Source of the DNA: an archaeon GW2011_AR15
GTDB lineage: Archaea > Nanobdellota > Nanobdellia > Woesearchaeales > GW2011-AR15
Direction of reading: 5' to 3'
NCBI GenBank assembly: GCA_000830295.1
Contig: CP010425.1
Coordinates: 800,001 to 864,000, forward strand
DNA: 64,000 nt
The number at the start of each line of letters is the position of its first letter. Positions within the stretch are counted from its first letter, which is position 1. Shown here in pieces: positions 47,407 to 57,702 of this stretch. Below the pieces are notes generated by a model. It made no database searches, was not told the DNA's origin, and saw only the letters and a list, made by a program, of their open reading frames with translations. Both the position numbers and the translations under genes were made by a program.

Positions 47407-48432
47407 TTAAATATGTTTCTGAATTATTTCTATTAATCTAGTTAATGGCTTCTTCCCAAGCTCTTTTTTTCTTTCCTGAACATCATACAGACAGTTTACT
47501 AAGAAATGACAATTTTCTTTGCATGTGCTTGCTTTTTTTCTTGCATGAGAAAAATCTCCGTAATAGATCTCCATTGGACTATCTCTTATTATGTTCCCGG
47601 CAGGCATTTCTTTTATGCATCCATGAACGTCTCCTGTGTAAGAAACAGCAAAATTGTTGGTGCCAGCAGGGCATTTTATCTCCAAATCTGCTTCAGGATT
47701 GAGAAAATACTGTATATATTTATCAAATTGGGATGCAGGGTTGGATATTTTGGCACCCTCCAATTTTCTCCTTTTCAGATACTTCATAACCTGTATTATA
47801 ACTTCCCTGTCTTTCGGCCATAATGGATCATTTTTCCACCATTGTTTGCCCCCATTATGAGTTAACACTTGATTGTATGCCTGGAAATGGATGTAATTAA
47901 TTGGCAATTTTTCTGTTATCCACTCAACAAATTCAGGAATATCATATATGTTATCTTCTAAAATGATTGCTGAAATACCTATACTTAATTCTGGTTTTAA
48001 CTCTTTTAAGTAATTTATGGCTTTCACACATTTCTCGAATAAATCAGGTATACCTCTCATCCTATTATGTTTCTCAGCAAAACTGTCTATAGAAAAATCA
48101 ATATGGCTTATTCCTGCTTCTATAAGTCTCTCACAGTTCTTCTCTGAAAGCAAGCTTCCGTTTGTAACAATAGAAACAATAATTCCAAGTTCTCTTATCC
48201 CCCTGATAACAGCATATAAATCTTTATACATGAACGGCTCTCCACCGCCGATACAGACATGCTCTACATCAGAAAATCTCTTAAGGTCTCTTGCGGTTCT
48301 GATCCAGTGCTCTGCAGGAAGTATTTTCTCATTATAAATCGGGTTTTCCCATATCTTACAGAAATCGCATCTGGCGTTACAAACACCATTAATCTGGAAA
48401 TCAACCCTTATTTTCGGTCTTTTTCTATCCAT
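47407..48432 (-). CDS. Radical SAM protein with a twitch/SPASM-like C-terminus
   Basis: CNARCDFC, GGGEP, VTNG, CPAG...GDVHGC...GNI, CKENCHFLVNC. Confidence 0.9.
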   Translation of the reverse strand: MDRKRPKIRVDFQINGVCNARCDFCKIWENPIYNEKILPAEHWIRTARDLKRFSDVEHVCIGGGEPFMYKDLYAVIRGIRELGIIVSIVTNGSLLSEKNCERLIEAGISHIDFSIDSFAEKHNRMRGIPDLFEKCVKAINYLKELKPELSIGISAIILEDNIYDIPEFVEWITEKLPINYIHFQAYNQVLTHNGGKQWWKNDPLWPKDREVIIQVMKYLKRRKLEGAKISNPASQFDKYIQYFLNPEADLEIKCPAGTNNFAVSYTGDVHGCIKEMPAGNIIRDSPMEIYYGDFSHARKKASTCKENCHFLVNCLYDVQERKKELGKKPLTRLIEIIQKHI

Positions 48433-50130
48433 CTACCGCTCCACAAACCTCAGCAAGTCATAATTTAGTGCAGCATCTACCATCATTGTGTTCTGGTCAT
48501 GATTGTCACAGGAATCGCAATAATCGTCATATAACAATCTGCCATATAATGTGAGGGGGTTCTCTTTATGCATAATTAACCCGTCATTCCTGTATCTGGT
48601 ATATGCATCTGAAAGCCAGACATCTTTCAGGCCAGAGCCGTCTTTCTCCAGCAGCCCAATCATCCTTGCACCGCAGCACATGAAAACCTCTCTTCTTAGT
48701 GATACATAAGTAAAGCACCAGCCGACATAGCACCCCTGGCTCAATAACCCTTTGTTTCCCCAGCTTCCGGAATTCTTATCATAATGTTTTATCTCAAATT
48801 CAATGAAGGAGTGGAACTCAATCCCTATCTCTTTGCACACTTCTCTGGCCTTTTCGAGCTCTTTCTTCACAAAATCCATATCACTTTTTTTCATATATAG
48901 CTTGTCCACGCTGAAATTCTCCAAATGGACAAGCTGATACCATATCTTGTCAGCTCCGATTTTCTTTGCATGATAGGCCATGTCAACGATTTCTGTAAAA
49001 TTATACTGATTTATCACATAAAGTGCCTGTATAAACGGATGTCTTACATTATGATCTTTTTTTAACTGCGATAACTCTAAGATATTGTCCTCTATTTTCT
49101 TCATTAGCTTAAGTGGGGAATTTGGCCTTACAAGTTTCCATGATTTTTCAGATGCATAAGACAAAGAAACATTTATTGATTGACAATTGCCATATTCCAC
49201 AATCTGTTTTTTGTATAGATGAAGCATTGATCCGTTCGTCACCAAATCTAAGTTTAACCCCAAATCCTTTGTAATCTTTAATATCTCACCAAACTGAGGA
49301 TGCATTGTCGGTTCTGCTCCTCCAACAAGAAAAACATTTTCGGCGCCAAGCTCTTTTGCCTCTTTTAATGAATTCTCCACAATTTCTATATCCAGCATCC
49401 CAAATAGCTCCGAGTGCTGGTCATCCCAGTATTTTTTATTCCATGGAGAGAATTTTCTGCAATAGACGCAGTCAAGGTTGCACTTTCCGCTTAAATCCAG
49501 AAGAATATTTTCCGGCCCGCTAAAAACGTCTTTGACAACAGGACCTAATGTTCGCAGGAATGCGCCCATATTAAACCCTGTACTTCTGGAGTTATTTTCT
49601 ATGACTGAAAGCAGCTCGTCTAGCTGGCTGTCTATAATCCTGAATTCTATGCCCTGCTTTAGACAGGCCCTGCTTAAATTACTTAGATAGGCATAAAACC
49701 GGGATTTTATATCCACTAATGGGAGAATGTTAAATTTAGGGATGTCTGCATTTTCTCCTTTAATTTCCATAACCAGCCCTATTATCCTATAAAGCCTGTG
49801 AAAGTTTGTTCTCCTTATTCCGATTATAATATGGTGCTCCTGATTCTTTGAGACGGCTTCTTTTAATTTATCTACTTGTTTGAAAAAATCATTTTCATCC
49901 AGATCAACACCCCATCTGTGGTTTTCTGATGTGTCGCCGCACAAGTAGATTAAAGGTATGTTTTTTGAACTTGGCAGAGGAAACTTTCTATCCTCTATAT
50001 TTTCATATTTTCCTATCACATCAAGCTTTTCAGAATATTTTATGATATCCGGATAGGTAGGTATTCCTTTTTTTGCAATCTCCCTGACTTCCGGAGGTAT
50101 TATAATCTTACCCGAACCATAGATTCCCAT
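48433..50130 (-). CDS. Radical SAM SPASM/twitch protein with an N-terminal extension of about 200 aa
   Basis: CNLDCVYC at about residue 217, GGAEP, CYVGW...VFMCC, CDSCDN. Confidence 0.88.
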   Translation of the reverse strand: MGIYGSGKIIIPPEVREIAKKGIPTYPDIIKYSEKLDVIGKYENIEDRKFPLPSSKNIPLIYLCGDTSENHRWGVDLDENDFFKQVDKLKEAVSKNQEHHIIIGIRRTNFHRLYRIIGLVMEIKGENADIPKFNILPLVDIKSRFYAYLSNLSRACLKQGIEFRIIDSQLDELLSVIENNSRSTGFNMGAFLRTLGPVVKDVFSGPENILLDLSGKCNLDCVYCRKFSPWNKKYWDDQHSELFGMLDIEIVENSLKEAKELGAENVFLVGGAEPTMHPQFGEILKITKDLGLNLDLVTNGSMLHLYKKQIVEYGNCQSINVSLSYASEKSWKLVRPNSPLKLMKKIEDNILELSQLKKDHNVRHPFIQALYVINQYNFTEIVDMAYHAKKIGADKIWYQLVHLENFSVDKLYMKKSDMDFVKKELEKAREVCKEIGIEFHSFIEFEIKHYDKNSGSWGNKGLLSQGCYVGWCFTYVSLRREVFMCCGARMIGLLEKDGSGLKDVWLSDAYTRYRNDGLIMHKENPLTLYGRLLYDDYCDSCDNHDQNTMMVDAALNYDLLRFVER

Positions 50131-50155
50131 AGAAATAGAATAATATTCTGAGTTT

Positions 50156-51319
50156 TTATATATGTTTCTGTGATAAATCTCTCTTATACAATTTTAACAG
50201 CCTGTCAGCAACAATCTCCCACCTGAACATCCTCTCGGCCCTTTCTCTTGCCTTTTTCTCCAGTTTTTTCCTTAAGGCTTTGTTTTTCAATAGTTTCATT
50301 ACCTTATCAGCCATTTCTTGATAGTTTCCTGGTTCATACAACAATCCTGCATCTCCAAGCATCCAGGGAATTTCTCCGACATTGCTTGCTACAATGGCCT
50401 TTCCGGATGCCATGTACTCAGCTATCTTTAAAGGGGATTTGCATCTCTGCTGCTTTGTATCGGCAAAACTGCCGACAACAACATCTGCAGCAGCAAGATA
50501 TTCATTAACTTCTTTTCCAACTGCAAATCCGGTAAAAATGATCTCTTTCTGCAAGCCCATTTTCATTACAATCATGTTAAGCCTTGGAAGGTCCTGCCCG
50601 CCTCCGACAATCATAAATTTCGCTTTTGGCATTTTTTTTAGTATTAATCTGGCAGAGCGTATAAACTGCTGGGCATACTGGGCGCCGTGAAGCTGCCCAA
50701 GATACAGCACAACAGGGTTTTTCTCAATTTTGTATTTTTTCCTTACATAAGCGCCGGGGTATTTTGGGCTGAACCTGTCCAGATCAGCGCATACATTTGC
50801 CTTTACAATCCTGCTTTCAGGAAAGCCCATCTCTAAAACCATGCTTCTCAGCTCTTCGCTCGCTACAGACACAGAATCAACAAGCTTAGGCAGTAGCTTT
50901 TCCATCACATTAAGGTACCATCCGTAGATTCTTGAAGGCGGTGAGAACATGTATATGCCGTATTCCCAGTCATCCCAGTCATAGTGCACAGGCTTATTAT
51001 TAACATAAGCAGAGAATATCGCAGGAATTGAGGCAATTGAAAAGCATTTCTGGAAATGAATCACATCGGCCCATTTCCCGAATTCAGCCATTTTTTTCAT
51101 ATTTGAGAACAAATACCATTTGCTCCTGTTAAAAGGAATTGTTTCATATTCTGTTATTTTTTCCTTTAGTTTCCCTCTCTCTTTTCCAGAAAGTGGGAAA
51201 TATACAAGCTTTACCCTATGGCCTTTTTTGACAAATTCATGGGCAATGGAAGTTATTCTTATTGTCCATGGCTCTGAGGCAGAGTAGATGTCGTGCGGGT
51301 GGATTATTAAAATATTCAT
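50156..51319 (-). CDS. GT4 glycosyltransferase
   Basis: YDWDD, KSPLKIAEYMASGKAIVASNVG. Confidence 0.92.
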   Translation of the reverse strand: MNILIIHPHDIYSASEPWTIRITSIAHEFVKKGHRVKLVYFPLSGKERGKLKEKITEYETIPFNRSKWYLFSNMKKMAEFGKWADVIHFQKCFSIASIPAIFSAYVNNKPVHYDWDDWEYGIYMFSPPSRIYGWYLNVMEKLLPKLVDSVSVASEELRSMVLEMGFPESRIVKANVCADLDRFSPKYPGAYVRKKYKIEKNPVVLYLGQLHGAQYAQQFIRSARLILKKMPKAKFMIVGGGQDLPRLNMIVMKMGLQKEIIFTGFAVGKEVNEYLAAADVVVGSFADTKQQRCKSPLKIAEYMASGKAIVASNVGEIPWMLGDAGLLYEPGNYQEMADKVMKLLKNKALRKKLEKKARERAERMFRWEIVADRLLKLYKRDLSQKHI

Positions 51320-51359
51320 TTTATTTTTTAAGAATAACTATGGCTATATTTAAATATAG

Positions 51360-53003
51360 TTATCGGACTATTTCACCAGAAATAGTATTAAACATTTTCT
51401 TCTCCTCATTATCTAATATGTTGTACAATTGATTAACCAATTCATAGGAAGGTATCAATTCATCGGTTAGGAATGCTAGAAAAAATTTTTTTTTATCTTC
51501 AGAATTCAAAGTATTTAATATTTCCCTAATTTGAGCAGTATATGGCATCTGTTTACCTCCAATATCAAAACCCTTTATAATTCTTCTACTCATTCCACTG
51601 AGATAAGCTTCTTTAATAACTGTATCTTTATCTATTTCATTATAGAATTTCATAAAGATAGCGGGAGCCATCACATAGTTAAACCCTGCCTCGAAGACAT
51701 TTGCTTCCGTATAACTTCTTATTTCTCTGAAAACACCAGGATTATATCTGCCAAACTGTAATGTTGAAAAAAAACCAACACTCATTATTAGCACACAAGC
51801 TATAAAAAGAGAGTAGGAAATTTTTTGTAATTTAGAACCAGCTATTAATTGTCCAATACATAAGCTTGTGATTAAAAATAATAAGGGATGGAAGAACAAC
51901 AGATAATACCCATCATTAGGATCCATAGAGTTGAATTTTGGATTATCACCCGGCGGTGGATTCATAATATTGAAAACTAGGAAACAAATAAAGAAATATA
52001 ATAGAACTAACATGAAAAACTGTTTTCCCTTTTTCTTTTTATTATCAATTGTTCCAGATATCTTAATATCTTTAAAAGAACTGAAACCTAAAAAAATTAA
52101 TGAAATAACTATAAAATAGAAGGTATAGGACAATAGTGGTGCCTTAATAATAAGAAAATCCAAAAAATGAAAGGATCGTGGAAGATACAAGACCAAGAAT
52201 GAGATCATTCTTTCTGCAATTCCAGAGAAAAGAGTGCCAGTTACAAACTGCGGATTAAACAGATTATAGATTAGAGGATCGGAGAAAATACTTGGAAAAC
52301 CATAGCTTATATTGTAAATTATCCAAGGCAGAAAACCAATTAAAAAAGAAATTGGCAGGATTATCAAATTTCTAAACTCAATACTCCTTATATACATAAA
52401 TACTAGTATAATAATGAGCAGAATAATTGATATGAACCCGTACTGCACCCATAGCCCAAGTCCAGAAACAAACCCAAGCAATATAAAATTTTTCATATGC
52501 CTATCATTATCAATAAAAATTTTAGTTATGAGAGTCATGGCAAGCATAATAAACAAAACAAACACCATAGAGTTGCCAAGTATCATAACACTTTTTTGAA
52601 GGAAATGTGGAGTTCCCAATATAAAGAAAATTGAAAATATAATAATTACAACTTCAGAAAAATACTTTTTTAATAGATTTAGACATAAAAGAAAAACAAT
52701 TAAAGAGTTAAATATTGCAGCCATTTTTAAAGCCAGAAGAGTATTTCCGAATATTAGATAGAAAGGTATTATCTCAATCTGTGCCAGCAAGTGTCCTCCT
52801 GAATGAGGCGAGTCAAGATATCCCCACATAGGCACTCTTAAACCCCTGTTAAACACAATATCATAACCTAGAGAAGAGGTTTTTACTTCTTCAGGGTTGT
52901 ATATATAAGGACTATAAAATAAGAAGAGTAGTCTTGATATTATAAATAACACAATTAAAATTATCATTAGTTTGTTTCTGCTGATATTTGAAAAATAATC
53001 CAT
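51360..53003 (-). CDS. Polytopic membrane protein, probable GT-C glycosyltransferase (very AT-rich)
   Basis: NPEE acidic motif after TM1, LLGFVSGLGLW, about 12 TM helices. Confidence 0.6.
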   Translation of the reverse strand: MDYFSNISRNKLMIILIVLFIISRLLFLFYSPYIYNPEEVKTSSLGYDIVFNRGLRVPMWGYLDSPHSGGHLLAQIEIIPFYLIFGNTLLALKMAAIFNSLIVFLLCLNLLKKYFSEVVIIIFSIFFILGTPHFLQKSVMILGNSMVFVLFIMLAMTLITKIFIDNDRHMKNFILLGFVSGLGLWVQYGFISIILLIIILVFMYIRSIEFRNLIILPISFLIGFLPWIIYNISYGFPSIFSDPLIYNLFNPQFVTGTLFSGIAERMISFLVLYLPRSFHFLDFLIIKAPLLSYTFYFIVISLIFLGFSSFKDIKISGTIDNKKKKGKQFFMLVLLYFFICFLVFNIMNPPPGDNPKFNSMDPNDGYYLLFFHPLLFLITSLCIGQLIAGSKLQKISYSLFIACVLIMSVGFFSTLQFGRYNPGVFREIRSYTEANVFEAGFNYVMAPAIFMKFYNEIDKDTVIKEAYLSGMSRRIIKGFDIGGKQMPYTAQIREILNTLNSEDKKKFFLAFLTDELIPSYELVNQLYNILDNEEKKMFNTISGEIVR

Positions 53004-53116
53004 ATTTTATACTACTTTAGTTACCCCAGTTTAAATAAATTTTGTAATGAGAAGAGTTTATTAGTAAAGAATATAAATATAAACTAAACATATGATAAAT
53101 TTGTTGGGATACTGAA

Positions 53117-54793
53117 ATGAAGAATAAAAATACTAAAAGATATTATCTTAGCATCTGTGACAACCATGATACCGGGGCAGGAATATTTTTTGAAACAGAA
53201 CCTTTAAGTGTAATCTCAGAAGAACGTCTAAATAGGGAAAAGATCACCAGAAAATTCCCTAAAAAATCAATAAACCTAAACTTTGTATACACTAAACTAA
53301 ACCCAGAGAAAATAGAGAGAATCATAATTGGATCAAGGAACACTCCAATATTTTTCCTGAGATTATTTAATAAATATCACGCAGAACAGCAAGCAGTTTC
53401 TTCTTTTGATATAAGACTATATCTGTACTTCTATTTTCAGATTTTATTAAACATAACCCCTCTTTCATACTTTGATTCTCAATTGTCCGCTATACTCCTC
53501 AAAAGAAAATTTAGGAAAAAAATAACTATGGTTGACCATCATTTGTGCCATGCATATTCTGCATATTCCACAAGCGGATTTAGAGGCAAATCTCTTGTAA
53601 TAACTGCTGATTCCGGGGGAGACGGATTATGCCTGACAGTTAGTATAGGAGAAAGAAGTAACCTAAAAAGGATTTACCAGGAAAGTGTATTATCCTCAAT
53701 AAGCCAGTATTACAGATCCTTTACTGAAATACTTGGGTTTGTGCCTTCAAAAGACGAGGGTAAAGTTGTCGGGCTGGCTGCGTACGGAAACCCAGACCTG
53801 TTGTTAGATTATATGAAGAAAAAATTATATTTTAATGGGATAGGATTTAATAAAAATCTCTTCCAGTATGCAGGTACCAGGGCAAAAATAGAGAAAGAGC
53901 TTAAAAAATACAAGAGAGAGGACATAGCCGCAGCTCTTCAAAAAAATTTAGAGGAGGAGGTTTGTAAATTTATTTCACATTGGATTAAGAAAACAGGCAT
54001 AGGCAATGTATATCTGGCAGGCGGATTATTTGCTAATGTGAAGCTTAATCAGAAGGTACATGAACTTGAAGAGGTAGAAAACATATTCATTTTTCCGCAT
54101 ATGGGGGATGGAGGATTATGTATTGGGGCAGTAATGGCATACTTGCAGCCAAAACCCTCTAAAATAACAACGCTTTATCTTGGGCTAGAGTTTAGTGATG
54201 AGTATATGCTAAATATCTTTAAAAAACATAATCTCGATTTCAAGAGACTGAGAAACGCACCAGCAGAGATAGCAAAACTGCTTGCAAAAGGAAAAGTTGT
54301 TGCAAGATTCAAGGGAAGAATGGAGTTTGGACCAAGAGCATTGGGCAATAGAAGCATACTCTATAGGCCGGACGATGAAGATACTATTAACTGGCTTAAT
54401 AAAAGACTTAACAGAAGTAAGTTTATGCCATTTACTCCAACCATACTCGCTGAAGATGCGGACAAATGTTTTGTTAATCTGAGAGGTGCAGAATATATGG
54501 CCAAATATATGACTATAACATTCAATTGCACTGAATGGATGAAGAAAAGCTGTCCAGGAGTAGTTCATATTGATGGTACAGCCAGACCACAGGTTCTAGG
54601 CAGAGAAGATAATACAGAGTACTATGATATAATTTGGAAATTCAAAGAACTAACCGGACTTCCGTGTGTACTTAACACAAGCTTTAATATGCATGGAGAA
54701 CCAATTGTATGCAGCCCAGAAGACGCAATAACCTCTTTCAGGAAATCAAAATTAGATTATTTATTATTGAATGACTTTTTAATAAAAAACTAG
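53117..54793 (+). CDS. Carbamoyltransferase (NodU/CmcH family)
   Basis: HD, SEERLNREK, HHLCHAYSA, EGKVVGLAAYG, AGGLFANVKLN, EFGPRALGNRS, VHIDGTARPQ, LNTSFNMHGEP. Confidence 0.95.
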   Translation: MKNKNTKRYYLSICDNHDTGAGIFFETEPLSVISEERLNREKITRKFPKKSINLNFVYTKLNPEKIERIIIGSRNTPIFFLRLFNKYHAEQQAVSSFDIRLYLYFYFQILLNITPLSYFDSQLSAILLKRKFRKKITMVDHHLCHAYSAYSTSGFRGKSLVITADSGGDGLCLTVSIGERSNLKRIYQESVLSSISQYYRSFTEILGFVPSKDEGKVVGLAAYGNPDLLLDYMKKKLYFNGIGFNKNLFQYAGTRAKIEKELKKYKREDIAAALQKNLEEEVCKFISHWIKKTGIGNVYLAGGLFANVKLNQKVHELEEVENIFIFPHMGDGGLCIGAVMAYLQPKPSKITTLYLGLEFSDEYMLNIFKKHNLDFKRLRNAPAEIAKLLAKGKVVARFKGRMEFGPRALGNRSILYRPDDEDTINWLNKRLNRSKFMPFTPTILAEDADKCFVNLRGAEYMAKYMTITFNCTEWMKKSCPGVVHIDGTARPQVLGREDNTEYYDIIWKFKELTGLPCVLNTSFNMHGEPIVCSPEDAITSFRKSKLDYLLLNDFLIKN

Positions 54794-54796
54794 TTC

Positions 54797-54919
54797 TCAG
54801 GATCCCGGAAATATCTTATGCCTCTTTACCTTCTCCCAGGCAAGAAGAAACACATCAATAACAAGCGTTAAGCCTAATAGATAAATTAAGCCCAGCCATT
54901 TGAATATACTTTTCCTCAT
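54797..54919 (-). CDS. Putative 40-aa single-TM protein, absent from the ORF track
   Basis: MRKSIFKWLGLIYLLGLTLVIDVFLLAWEKVKRHKIFPGS; TATA-like CTTAAATA about 22-29 nt upstream. Confidence 0.5.
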   Translation of the reverse strand: MRKSIFKWLGLIYLLGLTLVIDVFLLAWEKVKRHKIFPGS

Positions 54920-54967
54920 TTTTTGAGCAGAATAGAATTCAATATTTAAGTTTATCCTGATAAACAC

Positions 54968-56935
54968 TTATTTATTAATTTCCCACCTGCTGTCCAGATA
55001 AACAATGCCTAAATCTCTTATCTCCCTGCTCTTTACTTCAAACGAGTATCTCTTATCATGCAGGTCATAAGGCGTGAATGAATTATACGGATGGACAGCA
55101 GCACTAACCAGGTAGGTCCCTTCCAGCAAAGGCAGCTTATCTATGATATAGGAGACGCTCCCTTTTCCCTTAACATAGGGGATTTCAATATTGTGGAATT
55201 TAGTATTCGGCCCTGTTATCTGCGTTCCGTCATCTCCATGGATTGTTATGCCGAAAACAGGCTTTTCAACCTTCTTTTCAGCATCAAACATAATTTTTAT
55301 CTTGACCTGTTCCCCGGTATAAAACAACTCTTTATGCTCTTCTTTTGAATCCAGAAAAACCACATTTGTTATCCTGACAGGTCTCTGTTCTTTCTCATCA
55401 TCCTCTTTTACTGATATTGATAATTTTGTTAATTCTTTCCTAAATTCAAGCAATCTCTCCAGTTCTTTTTCTATTTTTTTCTTTTCAGCCGGTTTTGCCT
55501 CTTCTAGCTCAAGCTTATGCACACTAATTAGTTCATGCAGCTCGTGCAGATGTGTTCTTATAATACCGGATATCTGGTTCTCGTTATCTTCAGGGTCAAA
55601 ATGCGGGACAGTTTTGAGCATATTTTTGCATTCTTTTATTGAATGGATTATAGAAGCAAACTCAGAGTTATCTATCCTGAGTGAGATCAGGAAGTCAAAC
55701 ATATATTTCCGCAGATAGACCGCGCTTGGCTTGTCAACATGATTGAATCCCTCTTTGTATCTGGCAAACACTCTGGAAATAACTTCTTCCCTTTCCTTTT
55801 CTGCTGTCTGCAGCTGGACTTCCATCTCCAGCAGCCTTATTCCCAGAAGTATCTCTTCAAACTCAAAAGATTTTTTTGTAACAGCCTGCTTTATAGTCAG
55901 CGCTTCCTGCGCCTGCTTCAGGTTCTCCAGCAATTCCTTTTTCTGCTGGGGAGAGAAATTCTTTACTTTGTTTTCCAGCCAGACATAATTCTTGTCAGGA
56001 AGAATGATAAGCATGTCGCACAGGTCAATAAGCTGTGATCTTAAGGTTGCTTCCCGATATCCCAATGATTCCAGCTGCTTTTCCAGCCTGCTTCCCATGA
56101 AACTGTCTATAATAGGGAGATTGATTTTTCTTTTCAGATCTTTTCTTAATTTTTGAGTTTCATCTGAAACTGAAAGATATGATTTGAAATTCTTCTTCAG
56201 CAAAAAGTAATTGTAAACCCTTTCTGATTTTTCGCTGTGATTCAGATAATCCAGTATAACTTTCTGCGCAACTCCCTGGCTTTTCACGACTCCGTGCTCA
56301 AGAAAAATTGCCCTGTCACAGATTTCCCTTACTGTTGACATGTCATGGCTCACAATGACCATTGTTTTTCCCTGCTCTTTCATTATCCTTATCCTGTTCA
56401 GGCTTTTTTTCTGGAATTCCTCATCACCAACTGCAAGAATCTCATCTATCAGGATCACTTCAGGGTTATTTGACATTGCTATTGCAAAAGCCAGCCTGAG
56501 CTTCATGCCTGTGGAGTAATCTTTAAGCTTGACATTGATGAATTTTTCAAGCTGCGAGAAGTCTACTATCCTGCTGAAATTCTTCTTTATCTCAGAAGTG
56601 CTCATCCCAAGTATTGAGCCATATAAAAAGACATTTTCCTTCCCAGTCAGTTCCTCCCTGAACCCAGAGCCTGTATCAAGGAAAGTCAGCACTTTTCCGT
56701 TTACTTTTACATTTCCTTTTGTCGGAGACAAAATTCCCGCGATTACCTTGAGAAGGGTTGTTTTTCCTGAGCCATTCGGGCCGATTATGCCAAGGCACTC
56801 CCCTTTTTTCACAGCTAAATTAATGTTCTTCAGGGCATAGAAATCTTCTTTTTCTGATTTTCCAATAAGCATGCTGTCTTTTTCATGGATCAGGTTAAAT
56901 TTCTTAGACACGTTTTTCAGTTCTACAGTATTCAT
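54968..56935 (-). CDS. wzt: Polysaccharide ABC exporter ATPase Wzt with a C-terminal Wzt_C domain and a large central insertion
   Basis: GPNGSGKT, ELTGKEN, YSTGMKLRLAF, IDEILAVGD, VSH; C-terminal PVFGITIH...LPLLEGTYLVS Wzt_C pattern. Confidence 0.9.
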   Translation of the reverse strand: MNTVELKNVSKKFNLIHEKDSMLIGKSEKEDFYALKNINLAVKKGECLGIIGPNGSGKTTLLKVIAGILSPTKGNVKVNGKVLTFLDTGSGFREELTGKENVFLYGSILGMSTSEIKKNFSRIVDFSQLEKFINVKLKDYSTGMKLRLAFAIAMSNNPEVILIDEILAVGDEEFQKKSLNRIRIMKEQGKTMVIVSHDMSTVREICDRAIFLEHGVVKSQGVAQKVILDYLNHSEKSERVYNYFLLKKNFKSYLSVSDETQKLRKDLKRKINLPIIDSFMGSRLEKQLESLGYREATLRSQLIDLCDMLIILPDKNYVWLENKVKNFSPQQKKELLENLKQAQEALTIKQAVTKKSFEFEEILLGIRLLEMEVQLQTAEKEREEVISRVFARYKEGFNHVDKPSAVYLRKYMFDFLISLRIDNSEFASIIHSIKECKNMLKTVPHFDPEDNENQISGIIRTHLHELHELISVHKLELEEAKPAEKKKIEKELERLLEFRKELTKLSISVKEDDEKEQRPVRITNVVFLDSKEEHKELFYTGEQVKIKIMFDAEKKVEKPVFGITIHGDDGTQITGPNTKFHNIEIPYVKGKGSVSYIIDKLPLLEGTYLVSAAVHPYNSFTPYDLHDKRYSFEVKSREIRDLGIVYLDSRWEINK

Positions 56936-57702
56936 AATTTCTCACTTATATCCTTAGACATCTTGTCAAATACAAACAGCCCGAAAAGCAAGATGCTCAT
57001 GCACAATATAAAAGTTATCATCAGCTGCTCAGGCAGATCAACATAGTCATATATGAAAATATTCCTTAAATGGCTTATTATCCTTGCCAGCGGGTTCAGC
57101 ATATATATCCCCCTTATTGCCAGGGGTATAACCTGCTCGGAGTATATTATCGGGCTCAGCCAGAAGCCAATAAGGAGGAGAAAAGACCAGATATGGGCAG
57201 TGTCTTTGAAATTCAGGAAAGCTCCGGTTACAAGGAGCGAAACGCCTATAGTCAGTAGGAAAAGCATTGTCATATAAAATATCGATAGCAGTGCAATAAG
57301 CTTTATCTGGATGCCGAATACAATCAAAAGCATAAGAAACACAGCAAAGCTGAGCAGCAGGCCGACAAGGTTGCTCAGGCAGGAGCTTATAACAAAGATA
57401 TATGGGCTGACTTTATGTTTCTTTAGAAGGTAGGAATTTTCCATGAGAGCACTGAGGCTATTGCTGGTCGCTTCAGAGAAATAGTTCCACACGAGTATAC
57501 CAAGGAGCAGGAAGTGCTGGTAATGGGGCACATTCAGCTGCATGACATAAGTGAACACTACATATAGTGTGACTAGCAGCAGTAGCGGGTTAAGTATTGA
57601 CCAGACATAGCCGAAAAATGCATTCCTGTGCTTAAGCTTGAACTCATTTACAGCAAGCTGCCATATAAGCTCCAGATCCCTGAATTTAACAAATGCTCTG
57701 AT
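56932..57702 (-). CDS. wzm: Polysaccharide ABC exporter permease Wzm; start uncertain (ATC at 57702 proposed)
   Basis: In-frame upstream extension encodes ELIWQLAVNEFKLKHRNAFFGYVWSILNPL; also FKD..HIW, SPIIY, LNPL. Confidence 0.88.
   Translation of the reverse strand: MRAFVKFRDLELIWQLAVNEFKLKHRNAFFGYVWSILNPLLLLVTLYVVFTYVMQLNVPHYQHFLLLGILVWNYFSEATSNSLSALMENSYLLKKHKVSPYIFVISSCLSNLVGLLLSFAVFLMLLIVFGIQIKLIALLSIFYMTMLFLLTIGVSLLVTGAFLNFKDTAHIWSFLLLIGFWLSPIIYSEQVIPLAIRGIYMLNPLARIISHLRNIFIYDYVDLPEQLMITFILCMSILLFGLFVFDKMSKDISEKL

Noticed and set aside
16938-50130. SPASM rSAMs as RiPP maturases or anaerobic sulfatase-maturating enzymes
   Set aside because: No PqqD/RRE domain recognised, the small ORFs are membrane proteins rather than typical precursors, and the sulfatase-like proteins lack the (C/S)xPxR target; not fully excluded
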